Source: Octopus vulgaris
Lineage: Eukaryota
Reading direction: 5' to 3'
Assembly (NCBI GenBank): GCA_951406725.2
Contig: OX597825.1
Location: 16,988,001 to 17,052,000 of the forward strand
DNA length: 64,000 nucleotides
A program made the position numbers and the translations under genes. Position 1 is the first letter of the stretch; every line of letters begins with the position of its first letter. Below the pieces are notes generated by a model that was not told the origin of the DNA, made no database searches, and saw nothing but the letters and a program-made list of their open reading frames with translations. Positions 14,907-27,824 of the stretch are shown here, piece by piece.

Positions 14907-14948
14907 GATATTATTGTTATTATTATTATCATTATTATTATTATTATA

Positions 14949-14994
<46 letters not shown>

Positions 14995-14995
14995 G

Positions 14996-15625
14996 AGCGG
15001 TGAGCTGGCAGAATCGTTATTACTCCGCGTGAAATGTTTAGTGGTTGCTCACCCGTAACTACGTTCTGAGTTCAAATTCTGCCGAGGCCGACTTTGCCAT
15101 TTATCCTTTCCAGGTAGATAAGGCAAGTACTAGTGTAACACTGCGGTCGAAGAAGTCGACTAGTCCCCTCCTCCAAAATTACTGGCCTTGTGCATATAGA
15201 AGTAAGGATTATTATTTGGGCGGCGATCTGGCAGAATCGTTAGCACATCTGACAAAACGCTTTGCGATATTTCGTCTGTCGCTACGTTCTGAGTTCAAAT
15301 TCCGCCTAGGTCGAGTTTGCCTTTCATCCTTTTGGGATCGATTATATAATACCAGTTGAGCACTGGGGTCGATATAATGGACTTAATCCGTTTGTCTGTC
15401 CTTGTTTTTCCTCTCTGTGTTTAGCCCCTTTGTGGTTAGTAAAGAAATAGGTATATAAATGCTTAGCGGTATTTCCCCCGTCGCTACGTTCTGAGTTCAA
15501 ATTCCGTTGAGGTCGACTTTACCTTTTATTCTTTCGGGGTCGATAAACTAATTACCAGTGGAGTAGTGGGGTTGACATAATCAACTATCCCCTTCCTGTA
15601 AAGTTCAGGCTTTGTACCTATAATA
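14996..15625 (+). mobile_element. SINE family B cluster (3 units)
   Basis: Same unit motif three times, following (TAA)n. Confidence 0.8.
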
Positions 15626-16159
15626 GTATTCTTATTTCTACTACTGCCACTAATTTATTTTTCTTCTTGTTTATGTTGTACTTAGTGGTAATTGTAGCAG
15701 AGCTGGATATATATGAAACTATTGATATAAGAAATACAAAATAGAAGCGAAATAATGTCTAATGCGACAGGCCAATTAAATACAAGTACAATCGTTCGAA
15801 ACATACTAAATATTATATCAAAATACGTAAACTTATTCTTATAATGAGCGGAGAAATCACGAATAAAAATCAATGCTCAGCCACAGAAACACACAAACAC
15901 ACACATACGCGCGCAAATGGACACACGCATATATTTGTCTATCTATCTATTGATCTATGTATCTGGCTGCAAGTATGGTTAGGAATGTGAGTGGTTGTGC
16001 GCAGAAATGTGTTTAACAAGGTATAAATGTATGTAGATATCCGAGTGTGCGTGGATAATTAAATGAATGGTTCAATGGTTGACTGGAAATAACAAGAAAT
16101 AATACAATAATGAGCAATATTCATAACAATCGTTTTTCTCATATCATCAGTTGTCTTTG

Positions 16160-16760
<601 letters not shown>

Positions 16761-17834
16761 GTGGAGGTGTAGGCGTATGTTTGTGTGATCATATAGAGAT
16801 AAATAAATAAATATACATATATACTCAAATGTGTACATTTAAAGACGCACATATTTATACACATACTCTTTCCCCCTCTGTTTGCCTATATATATATATA
16901 CATACGTAAACTGATTTGGCTTCTTTTAAACAAAACACAGTTTCTTTATTTGATAATACTCTGTAGTTGCTGCCACACAACCACAGCATTATTGATGGAT
17001 ATATTCTGCAGGTTTCTTTTTTGATTATTTTTCTCTTTTCTATCGATCTCTGTTCTGGCTTTGATTTTTTTATTTTTTACTCACTGTCTTTTGTTCTTTT
17101 TTTCTTTCCTGCTCTCAATGCTGGTTTTGTTTTTTGTTATTATTATCTTTTTAATTTTTTTTTTTTTGTAGCCATTACTATTGTTGCTGTTGCAGTTTCC
17201 TGGTAGACCTCGCTAAGATATTTTTTTCTGAAACAACGTTTACATATAATATACATACAACGGTCAATGTTCACTTTTGGATCGCTTTCAACTTTCGACT
17301 GATTATTGACAAGGCGAAAATCACTTCCTCCTAATACGTTCGCCCGGAATCTTTCAAAATCACTTATTTCTCAAAAGTAGGATTGGTAATATCTTTGAAT
17401 TATTCCCTAAACGACTGACTTTTCAAATTTATATTTTGTTTCATATTTTTCCCTCGTCTACTTCTTATGTATAAATCTATTTTCCTTTACTTGGCCTAAC
17501 ATCTAGATTTAGCATTATGCTCTAAGATTATTATTATTTTTTTTTGGTTTCTGCGCTCATACATATATACATACATACATACATACATCTGAAGATATAC
17601 GTAGATATACGTACCAATGTATTACACACATGCGCACACAGAGAATGAACGAGCGGGAAATGCATACAATGGCAGTAAAAATGTCAAAACATGAAATCCA
17701 AATGAAAATAAATGGGAGAGGAGATAGGACAACTATTCATGAAGGAAATCAAAGAAAGAAAATGTAAACGGAATAAAAAGACGAAACGAAGTCTGCCGCA
17801 AAAATAATAAAAATAAAAATGTATGAAATATTAC

Positions 17835-17915
<81 letters not shown>

Positions 17916-17970
17916 TACATATATATATATACATATGTATATATATATATAGATATACATATATATATAC

Positions 17971-18027
<57 letters not shown>

Positions 18028-18243
18028 TCTATATATATGCACACATACATACATATGTACATACATAGATACATTCGTACGTACATGTGTATGTATATAT
18101 AAATGTATATATGTGTGTGTGTACAGACGTACATGTACAAATATATAAATTTTACTTGTAGCTTTCGATTACTACTTCACCAAACTACATTTGAATTATT
18201 CTTGAGCAGAGAGATAGGGAACGAAAAAGCTAAGGAAAGGAGG

Positions 18244-18304
<61 letters not shown>

Positions 18305-19082
18305 TAGATGGGGAAAGAGACATAGAGACAAACAGCGTGACCTGTATGTGAGCATGTGTGGGTTTTATGAAAAGAAATAGTGGCCGGGTAAGACAGAAGA
18401 AGACGGGTTGGAAGTAGACGGGGGATATGTAATGTTATACGTACAGCTGGAAATGTGTGTGAGTAGGAGGAGTTTAGAGAAAGATAATGAGCAGTCTGGA
18501 TTATAAAGCCAAAGAGAAATGCAGTACATAAACTGGCAAAGGGAAGGGACATCGATCAACTTTATGACCAAATATAACATAATTAGAGTTTTGCATGAGA
18601 GAGGGTTTGGAGATGGTTGCTCTGAAATTTGAGGTGGATCGATAGAAAAGAAAAATATGAATTGCGCATATGCGAATTGCAGAAGTTTTACAGAAGTCTT
18701 AGGCTTATCGTAATTTCCCTGTCTGCACAAGCTTCCCATTGCCAGTGCTTGGTGGTATTATCATTGCAATTGCCAATTATAGTATAGAGAAATATAGCGA
18801 AATATTGAATTGAGCAATGCACAAATTCCATATTACTTGACCTAATCTGAAACCGGTCTATATCGTTGTTTGCTAAGCTCCAACTAGAGATGCATATCTA
18901 CTATTCGTAAGCAATCGATGAAGTGCAGAGATCCAGAAGTCAAATAACAAAAGAATAACAACGGAGTTTTTACTGATATGATTCTTTGGCAATAGTTGAA
19001 AAATTGTTTTGGTTTACATAACCACATATCTCTAAAGCAAGAAACGTATGCATACATACACACATACATGTATATGTGTGTA

Positions 19083-19191
<109 letters not shown>

Positions 19192-19198
19192 GTATGTA

Positions 19199-19252
<54 letters not shown>

Positions 19253-19720
19253 GATAGATATATATATTTATTGATAGATAGATGGATAAATTGATAGATA
19301 GATACATACATACATACATACGAACATACATATATGTATATTTGCATATACATATATGTTTGTGCAGTAAGTTATTATATAAAGTTTAGAGACGAAGAAC
19401 AAAATAGGCTGGAAAGTAGAGTGAAAATATTAAGAATTTAGTGATGAATCCAATGTAGGTTTTTCGAAAAAATCAACCAAAATAAATTACCATTGATGTG
19501 TCTGATTATTATATTAAAGTAACTAATTGTAATAGAACCCTATGTTTTAGAAAACATGTTCCAATGATTTGTTCTAAAGCACCCTGATTCTGAAAGTTAG
19601 GTACGTTCAACTAATGAATAGGCGGTTATATCTTGATAGCGATGAGGAGATAAACTCAGATCAAATACTGGCTGGAAGGATCCTCAGGTTTGGGAATTTA
19701 AAAATACTGATTAACTCAGC

Positions 19721-19985
19721 GTGGAGACGCAATGGCCCAGTGGTTACGGTAGCAGACTCGCAGTCGGAGGAAACGCCTAAAAGCTCCATGAATCTCTGGC
19801 AGGGGGTGGTGGTGATCCTTGTTGTACTCTTTCGCCACAACTTTCTCTCACTCTCTCTTCCTGTTTCTTGAGTAACGCTGCGATGGACTGGCGTCCCGTC
19901 CAGCTGGGAGGAACATATACGCCACAGAAACCGGGAAACCGGCCCCATGAGCCTGGCTAGGCTTGAAAAGGGCGACGTTTATCGT
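19721..19985 (+). mobile_element. tRNA-derived SINE family D with 11-bp TSD
   Basis: TSD ATTAACTCAGC at 19710-19720 and 19986-19996. The 3' part has CTGCGATGGACTGGCGTCCCGTCCAG (V-SINE-domain-like). Confidence 0.85.
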
Positions 19986-20473
19986 ATTAACTCAGCGTTT
20001 CTAAAATATGATTAGAAAAAATACTAAAAACAAAAATGGTGTACACTCATTTTGATGAGGGGCTTCGACGCATGTTCCACTGATATGAAATCAGAGGCCT
20101 TAGATTTTATCGATAATACTGATACGAAAGATGTACGCATAATATATTCCTGTTTCCCAAAATTAATAATGCGGGAATGTGTAGATAAGGGGCATTTTCT
20201 ACGAGTTTGTAATTCACGTGTGATAATGCAGGAGAAAAAAAGCATTAGGTCCGTACACAGTTATATAGTTTCCGGTAATTATATTATTTCCTTGATAACA
20301 TTATTTTGATATTGCTGCACCTTTTATGTGTCCAAAGTTTACGGCGGGTGCAACCTACGGAGTTTACACCTACACCTTTTCGACAGACCGAGCAAGGTCG
20401 GTGCAATGTGTCTCTCAAACAAACACACACACACACGCACACACACTCACTCTCTCTCTCTCACTATATATAC

Positions 20474-20547
<74 letters not shown>

Positions 20548-20549
<2 letters not shown>

Positions 20550-20767
20550 TCCTTTACTCTTTTAGTTGTTTCAGTCATTTGACTACGGCCATGCTGGAGC
20601 ACCGCCTTTAATCGAGCAACTCGACACCGGGACTTATTCTTTTGTAAGCCCAGTACTTGTTCTATCGGTCTTTTTTGCCGAACCGCTAAGTAACGAGGAC
20701 GTAAACACACCAGCATCGGTTGTCAAGCAATGCTAGGGAGACAAACACAGACACACAAACACACACA

Positions 20768-20817
<50 letters not shown>

Positions 20818-20980
20818 CGAAGGGCTTCTTTCAGTTTCCGTCTACCAAATACACTCACAAGGCTTTGGTCGGCCCGAGGCTATAGTAGAAGACACTTGTC
20901 CAAGTTGCCACGCAGTGGGACTGAACCCGCAACCAGATGGTTGGTAAACAAGCTACTTACCACATAGTCACTCATGCGCC
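20548..20980 (-). mobile_element. SINE family A
   Basis: High identity to 1927-2346. Confidence 0.85.
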
Positions 20981-21019
20981 TATATATATATATATATTAT
21001 AAATTATAAATTATCAAAT

Positions 21020-21250
21020 ATATATATTTGTATTTATGTGCTATCTCTGTATATTCCACTGATGAGGCAAAGCATTTCTTATACTGAGCCACAAATCCGG
21101 GATCTGGAATTATTCAGTAGTGTTTTGCTAGTTCAATATTGTCTTTTTGTCTTCTTTCCTGGTGCTGTATGAACATTTAATGTGGTTTTAGAGTCAGGTT
21201 TTGGCTGCTATTTCCAGCGTGGTGCTATCTCTTAGATAACCTAAATCATA
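21020..21250 (+). mobile_element. pLTR-like repeat with degenerate HHR (21053-21110)
   Basis: ATTCCA-CTGATGA-GGC...GCC-A-CAAA-TCCGGGA-TC-TGGAAT. Homologous to the reverse complement of 28930-29155. Confidence 0.65.
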
Positions 21251-21366
21251 ATATTATATATATACATATATATATATATATATTTACGTACACACATACA
21301 TACATGCATATATATATGCATGTGTGCATGTGTGTATGTATATATACATACATACATACATACATT

Positions 21367-21410
<44 letters not shown>

Positions 21411-21979
21411 AGTATGTATGTATGTATGTATGTATGTATGTATATACACGCCTCTACATACGTACATACACTTACATACGCAGACATTTGCTGTAAACAA
21501 TATGAAATAATCTAAGCGTCTTCAAATTAGCATATGCGGAAAAGCTTTTCCATGAAGAAAAAAGCTGTTTTCCTTTCCGCCAAATCAACCACTCCAATAT
21601 TATGGATTAATATCATTGCTAAACACAGAATACGAAGTATAATGTCAATATATTTCGCTTTTACTCTATCAGTTGAATTATTGCTTATTTACTTGCTTTT
21701 TCGTTGTCTATCCAACTGTCTGTTTGCTTGTTTGTCGGATTGTCTTTCTGGCCGCTTCTCCGGGTTTCTGACTGTCACTTTCAATGCCTGTTTCTCTCTG
21801 TCTCTGTCTCTCTCTTTCACTATCTATCTAACCATCTATCTATGTATTTATCTTTGTGTCGACCTATCTCTGCGTCTCTTTGTGTCTCTTTGTCTGCCAT
21901 ATATTTATATCAAATTCCTTTAATACCTATGTATTTGTTCTTACAATTTTTTTTTATTGGAAGGACTTCATGCAAAAAA

Positions 21980-22423
21980 TAGTGGTACGATAGAGTAGTT
22001 GTATACTGTCTAAATAGTAGTGGTGTGATTCCCTCCATGGGACTGTCTCATTAAGTTGACAGTATACAACTACTCTATCGTACCACTACTGCTTATATCT
22101 CTTTGAGATATTTAGAAATGTAATATTTCTATTTTTGTAATCAGTGGATTTATTTCACGAGACTTCTTATATGTTAACAAGGCCTAGACAAGCATCTCCA
22201 GCTAGCAGGCCATGCTACTCCAGACTGATGACGAGCAAGACTCAGAAACTAGTCTCTGGATGCAGGCTTCGCTGGGTGGAGGTGCTTGTCTCCCCCTTGC
22301 AAACATAAAGACACAGGAAATGTGTCAAGGCCGACAGGAGGCATTGATGTTTCCTTGGGCTAAATAGCAGTGAGGGATTCCCTTCATGGGAATCTCACAT
22401 TAAATTGACAGTATACAACTACT
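21980..22423 (+). mobile_element. Retrozyme-like element (350-nt monomer, partial tandem, inverted 5' end)
   Basis: Direct repeat starting at 22011 and 22361 (period 350). Perfect 31-bp inverted repeat 21980-22010 / 22058-22088. Central HHR. Confidence 0.75.
22219..22260 (+). ncRNA. Type I hammerhead ribozyme with palindromic stem III
   Basis: TCCAGA-CTGATGA-C-GAG CAAGA CTC-A-GAAA-CTAG-TC-TCTGGA. GUC triplet at 22252-22254. Stem I is extended by 22186-22200 pairing with 22277-22291. Confidence 0.82.
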
Positions 22424-22516
22424 ATATCTATATACACCTGTTTGTTGTTTATACATCTGTCTCCCTTTTTTGCTTTTCTGTAAATTCCAACTATATATAT
22501 ATATATATATATATAT

Positions 22517-22965
22517 AGAAAGTGTGTCTATGGCCAGCTGGAGGCTACAAACTACAGTAGCATCCACCCTTAGGGGTTAGCCTGATTCATATGGCAAATA
22601 TACGTCACGATGTGTTGTAGCTACTGTTTATAACTTGCTCTGAGATTTATTATTGCTTCATTACACTTTTTCGATATCAGTGTCTTTACGATACTGGAAA
22701 AAGTTTTAAGTATTTGTGAAGGGAACCTGCTTCTCATCGACAACTGTGATTGTCACATGCCGATGACGGGTCAATACCCAGAAACTCGAGTCCGTGTGTA
22801 TCATAAGTTGGAGACGGGAAGGATGGCTTCCCTTTGCAAATACTGATAGGGCACAGAAAGTGTGTCTATGGCCAGCTGGAGGAGGTGTCCTCCTGGGGCT
22901 ACAAACTACAGTAGCATACACCCTTAGGGGTTAGCCATATTTATATGGCAAATATACGTCACGAT
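22517..22965 (+). mobile_element. Retrozyme-like element, ~340-nt monomer in 1.3 tandem copies
   Basis: AGAAAGTGTGTCTATGGCCAGCTGGAGG...GTCACGAT repeated at 22517 and 22855, with an internal HHR and (TA)n flanks. Confidence 0.78.
22754..22798 (+). ncRNA. Type I hammerhead ribozyme motif (CCGATGA variant)
   Basis: CACATG-CCGATGA-C-GGGT CAAT ACCC-A-GAAA-CTCGAG-TC-CGTGTG. Confidence 0.75.
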
Positions 22966-23262
22966 ATATATACATATATACATATTTTTCGACCTGGTTC
23001 AAAGCCCAATCTTCCGCGTTCCTTTACAGGGCTTAGGAAAACTGATGGAATAACTGCAATAAGTGAGTGAATCTAAAAATGTAATATGCTGAATAAAATC
23101 ATGATTAACTGATCCTATTATAATATATTTTACCCAAAGCCTGAGACTATTGAGCGCCATCTAGTATTTCTCCATTTTTCATAATTGAGAACCTTTGAAA
23201 AGTCTACCAGTTTTGATATTTATTCTTCTCTGAACACCGCACTCTGACATGAGAAATATATA

Positions 23263-23662
23263 TATTTATATTATATAGAGGGTACTATTATTCATAGGTA
23301 CCGCACGCTAGGAGGGACTATTGCAGTCAAAACTACTTAAATAAACTACTTGAATTCGTTGCACTGAAGAGCATAGAATGCATATTCTGCATTGATTGCG
23401 AAATCACAGGTGATATGTAACTAAATTCTGTTTTTAAATGACTCGCTTTGAAGTTTTGCATTCGGTACAATTTGTTTATTTTAGTAGTTTTGACTGCAAA
23501 GGTCCCTCCTAGCGTGCGGTAACTATGAATAATAGTACCCTGTATATAATATAAATAAGTATTTTCAAAGTTGAAAAAAATTTACAGATTTTTTCTCTTA
23601 CGAGGTTTTTCACGCTAACTACTTCATAATTTCTTATAAAGATTTTATCCTTATTTTTAAAT
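23263..23662 (+). mobile_element. Non-autonomous HHR-bearing PLE-like element with inverted 5' copy
   Basis: 84-bp inverted arms (23263-23346 / 23474-23557) enclose an HHR. A ~100-nt tail runs into (TA)n. Confidence 0.75.
23358..23421 (+). ncRNA. Type I hammerhead ribozyme, canonical core
   Basis: GTTGCA-CTGAAGA-GCA...TGC-GAAA-TCAC AG GTGA-TA-TGTAAC. Stems I, II and III all pair. Predicted cleavage after AUA (23415). Confidence 0.85.
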
Positions 23663-23683
23663 ATATATATATATATACATATA

Positions 23684-23741
<58 letters not shown>

Positions 23742-24326
23742 GTAGAATGGCATCTATCACAGAAACTGAATAAATCACTGGTTTCAAAATGTCAGCTTAT
23801 ATACGCAACAAAACACCAGTTTACATAATACGTTCTATAGACGAATATGCGTTTTATGTATAGGATATTTAGAAATATTTCTGTGCGTCCGCTACCGCAC
23901 TGTACAAGTACTTATGAGTATATAGTGTATACGATTCATAGACTCTTTCAAACTCGTAGACTCTTTCAAAGTAACGATAAGTAGTTTCTTAAAACTGCCA
24001 TCTACATAACAAAGAATTTGTCACGCACCAGCTATCGCGCACTTAAAAAAAATGCATACATACAAATATACATACATGAATAAATACATACATGCATACA
24101 TACTTATGCATAAAAGATAAATAACAGATATTTTCAGTGGATAATAAAATGTCGTGAACAATATTCGCAGCAATACAATAAACTCAGAAAACCACTCGGA
24201 ATATACATATAAATACATACATACATACATACATACATATATGCCTACATACATACATACATACATGCATACATACATACATACATACATACATACATAC
24301 ATACATCATGCATACATGTATGTATA

Positions 24327-24363
<37 letters not shown>

Positions 24364-24600
24364 AAAATAGATACATACATATATATATATACTTGCACAC
24401 ACATATATAAATCTATATTTAAATATAAGTATCACTATATATATATATGTAGGTATGTATGTATCTATATACATATATATATATCTATATACATATATTT
24501 ATATATATATATTAACAAAATATGTATATATGCTAACAAAATATATATATATTAACAAAATATGTATATATGCTAACAAGGGAAAAATACAATCATACAG

Positions 24601-24641
<41 letters not shown>

Positions 24642-24709
24642 TGTATATGTATATATATACATATATAATTATAAATATATATATATATATATATATGTAT
24701 GCATATATA

Positions 24710-24756
<47 letters not shown>

Positions 24757-24783
24757 GAAGGTTTGGAGATGATGTACAGGTAT

Positions 24784-24999
24784 TATATATTAGAAAAATT
24801 GAGGTAATCAGATCAGATGGTTCATATTTGTAGATATTTATTTATATATTACATTTTTTACATATATATCATATCATTCGGATTAGCGCTTGCTCCCATT
24901 CTAGTGGGTTTTCAAATCAAATCAGTTGTGGGTAGTTTGAACCTTTTTATAGTTTCGTAGTAGTGGGTGAGGAGGAAGTGAGACAGAGAGAAAATATGT

Positions 25000-25067
<68 letters not shown>

Positions 25068-25076
25068 ATTTATATC
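24784..25076. repeat. Pseudo-LTR (3'-terminal copy)
   Basis: Reverse complement of 27507-27795. Confidence 0.92.
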
Positions 25077-25277
25077 TGAGAGTGAAGAAGTGTTATTTCC
25101 GTTGGTCTGCTGGACCCCCTGTGGTTTTATAAGAACTTTGGCTGTCCATTTCAATGTCACTGAGTGTGTGTTGTGCATAGGTTGGCCTGGCAAATGTCAT
25201 TTGGGGTCACACTTTCTATGATCATTCTGTGGAGGTGTGTGTGTGTGTGTGTCTCTCTGTGTGTCTGTGTGTGTTTT

Positions 25278-25315
<38 letters not shown>

Positions 25316-25834
25316 TGTGTGTGTGTCTGTGTGTTTGGAGAAGGGGAGAGAGACAAAAAGAGAAAAGGGAAAATAAAAATAATAATAATAAAAATAAAAA
25401 ATTAAAAATTAAAAAAATAAAATAAAATAAAAACAAAAAATAAAAAATAAAATAAAAAAATATAAAGAATAAATAAAAATATAAAGAATAAAAAATAAAA
25501 AAATAAAAATAAAAATAAAAATAAAAATAAGGGAGGAAGTGGAGAAGAAAAAATATTTTTGTGTGTTGATATTTATACCAACACATATATATACACACAC
25601 ACAGACTTATACATAAAATATTTGAAAAAAACCTTTTTATCGGTTCAAAATGAACAACCAAATTATACCATCTTGAAAGTTGTATGTCATAGGAAAGTTA
25701 AAATTAAAGTGACAATTAAAGGGTAAAGATGGAAGTGAATTATAAAGATAATAATATAATATGATGTATATAACAGGCAATACACACATCTACACACACA
25801 CAGATTTTTCCTTCAATGTATGTTGAGTAAAGTT

Positions 25835-27506
25835 TCAGCCATTTAATTTGGGGGAGAACTTAGCTATGAAATGTTTTTCCATATTCCTCCTGAAGGGGGT
25901 GTCATTCTTCGGACACTTGTAGAAGGGAAATATCTTAAATTTTCCTTCTCCACATGTAGCTAGGTGTGTGCTTAGTGGTATTTTGCGTAGTTCTTCCTGC
26001 CGAATATGTTGTCGGTGGATCCTGGCTCGCTGGCACAAAGAATTACCAGTTTCTCCTACGTAATTCTCCTTGCATGTGGGGCAGGTTATGCAGTATATGA
26101 CGTTCTGCGTCTTGCAGTTCATATCTGCATTTACTTTGAATATGACACCATTTTTAAATCTTATCTCTCTGTTGCTCTCTATGTATTTGTAGGTGGGGTT
26201 GCTGCAGGTCCCACATCTACCATCTCCGCACTCTTTTGCAAAGAATTCCGTTTTAGTTTCTGAAGAGAATTTCGCTCTTGTTAGGTGTTTTTTTAGGTTT
26301 TTGTCCTGTCGTCTACTGTTTTTTATGCTATATTTGTTTAATATGTTTTTCATTTTGGGGCTCTGTAAGGCTATTGGTAGGTTTGAATGTATGGTTTGGA
26401 AGATGTTGGTAACTCCAGGGTTGTGTGTGTTTATAAAAGGGATAGTGTTTTCTTTGTTTTTTGTTTTGGGTGTCCTGAGTTGTGTGATGTCTAGTTTTAA
26501 TGCTCTTGTGATTCCATTTTCTATTAGTTTAAGGGGGTATTTTTGCTCTAGGAGGAAGCTTTTGAGTTCATCTAGTCTTATTAATCGTATTTGTGAATCA
26601 GTTACTATGCTACATATTCGTCGTGCCATACTATATGGGATGTTTCTTTTTGTGTGGGATGGGTGGCAGGAGTGGAAATTTAAGTATTGATGTGTGTCAG
26701 TTTTTTTGTAGTGGATGTCTGTTGTGACGATGGAGTTGTGTATTTTGATGTTGATGTCTAGGAAGGGAAGTTCGTTGTGGCTGGTATCTATTGTGAAATT
26801 GATAGATGGGTGCAGCGTATTGAGGATGTTGTGGAATGTTTGTAGGTCCCCTTCTGATCTGTTCCAAAAGATGAAACAGTCATCGAGGTAGCGTTTCCAC
26901 TTTTTCTTGATGTCTTCTCTGAAGTCGTGTTCGAAGACTTTCCCTATTTCGTCATATAGTTTTTTCTCCAGGAAGCCCATCACTAGGTTGGCATATGAAG
27001 GTGCGAATTTTGTACCCATAGCCGTGCCTTTTATCTGTCGGTATGTCTTGTTGTTGAATGAGAATGTGTTTTCTTCTAGTATTAGTTGGGTGGCTTGGGT
27101 GATAAAGTTTGTCTTGAAGCGTTCATCTATAAGTTCTCTGTATTTTTCTATTGATTGTTTTATAGCTTCTAGACCTAGGGTGTGTGGTATGTTTGTGTAT
27201 AGATTTGTGACATCAAAGCTTGCAAGTATGGTGTTTTTCGGGACTGTATTTGGAATGTGTGTGAGGAAGTCTATGTCATCCCTTATGTAGCTTGGAATCT
27301 GTGGGCATAGAGGTTTGAGGAGTATATCTATGAAGTGGCTTAGTTGTTGTGTTGGTGCCTGGGGTCCTGCCACTATTGGTCTCATCGTGAGGTCTGCAGG
27401 TCTTTGTACTCTTATGTAGTGGTTCCTCTGTTCCTTTATGGCTCTCTGTATTTCCGAGCTTTTATGAATTTTAGGTAATCCATAAAAGTTGCTTTCTTTG
27501 GTTTGT
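25835..27506 (-). CDS. PLE reverse transcriptase + GIY-YIG endonuclease (5'-truncated, about 556 aa uninterrupted)
   Basis: RT motifs FYGLPKIHK, MRPIV, SFDVTNLYTNIP, QIKGTAMGTKFAPSYANL, RYLDD, LPFLD, YKKTDTHQYL and HPSHTK. Cys linker CGDGRCGTC. Endonuclease NVIYCITCPTCKENYVGETG...HRQH...HL. The first ~37 aa of the listed ORF come from the inverted pLTR. Confidence 0.95.
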
Positions 27507-27515
27507 GATATAAAT

Positions 27516-27579
<64 letters not shown>

Positions 27580-27781
27580 ACATATTTTCTCTCTGTCTCA
27601 CTTCCTCCTCACCCACTACTACGAAACTATAAAAAGGTTCAAACTACCCACAACTGATTTGATTTGAAAACCCACTAGAATGGGAGCAAGCGCTAATCCG
27701 AATGATATGATATATATGTAAAAAATGTAATATATAAATAAATATCTACAAATATGAACCAGCTGATCTGATTACCTCAAT

Positions 27782-27795
<14 letters not shown>
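27507..27795. repeat. Inverted pseudo-LTR at the 5' truncation point
   Basis: Reverse complement of 24784-25076, joined directly to RT coding sequence. Confidence 0.92.

Positions 27796-27824
<29 letters not shown>

Larger units (their letters stand above)
24755..27795 (-). mobile_element. Penelope-like retroelement (Neptune-type), 5'-truncated, with inverted pseudo-LTR
   Basis: Contains an RT + GIY-YIG ORF. 24784-25076 is the reverse complement of 27507-27795 (one substitution seen plus a (CA)n length difference). An extra 29-nt tail (24755-24783) is present only at the 3' end. (TA)n flanks both sides. Confidence 0.93.

Noticed and set aside
23536-23560. TACCCTGTA resembling the miR-10 5' end
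   Set aside because: Only 9 nt match, and it lies within a repeat arm.
25835-27506. Naiad/Chlamys-type or selenoprotein PLE
   Set aside because: The endonuclease is C-terminal and there is no in-frame TGA.
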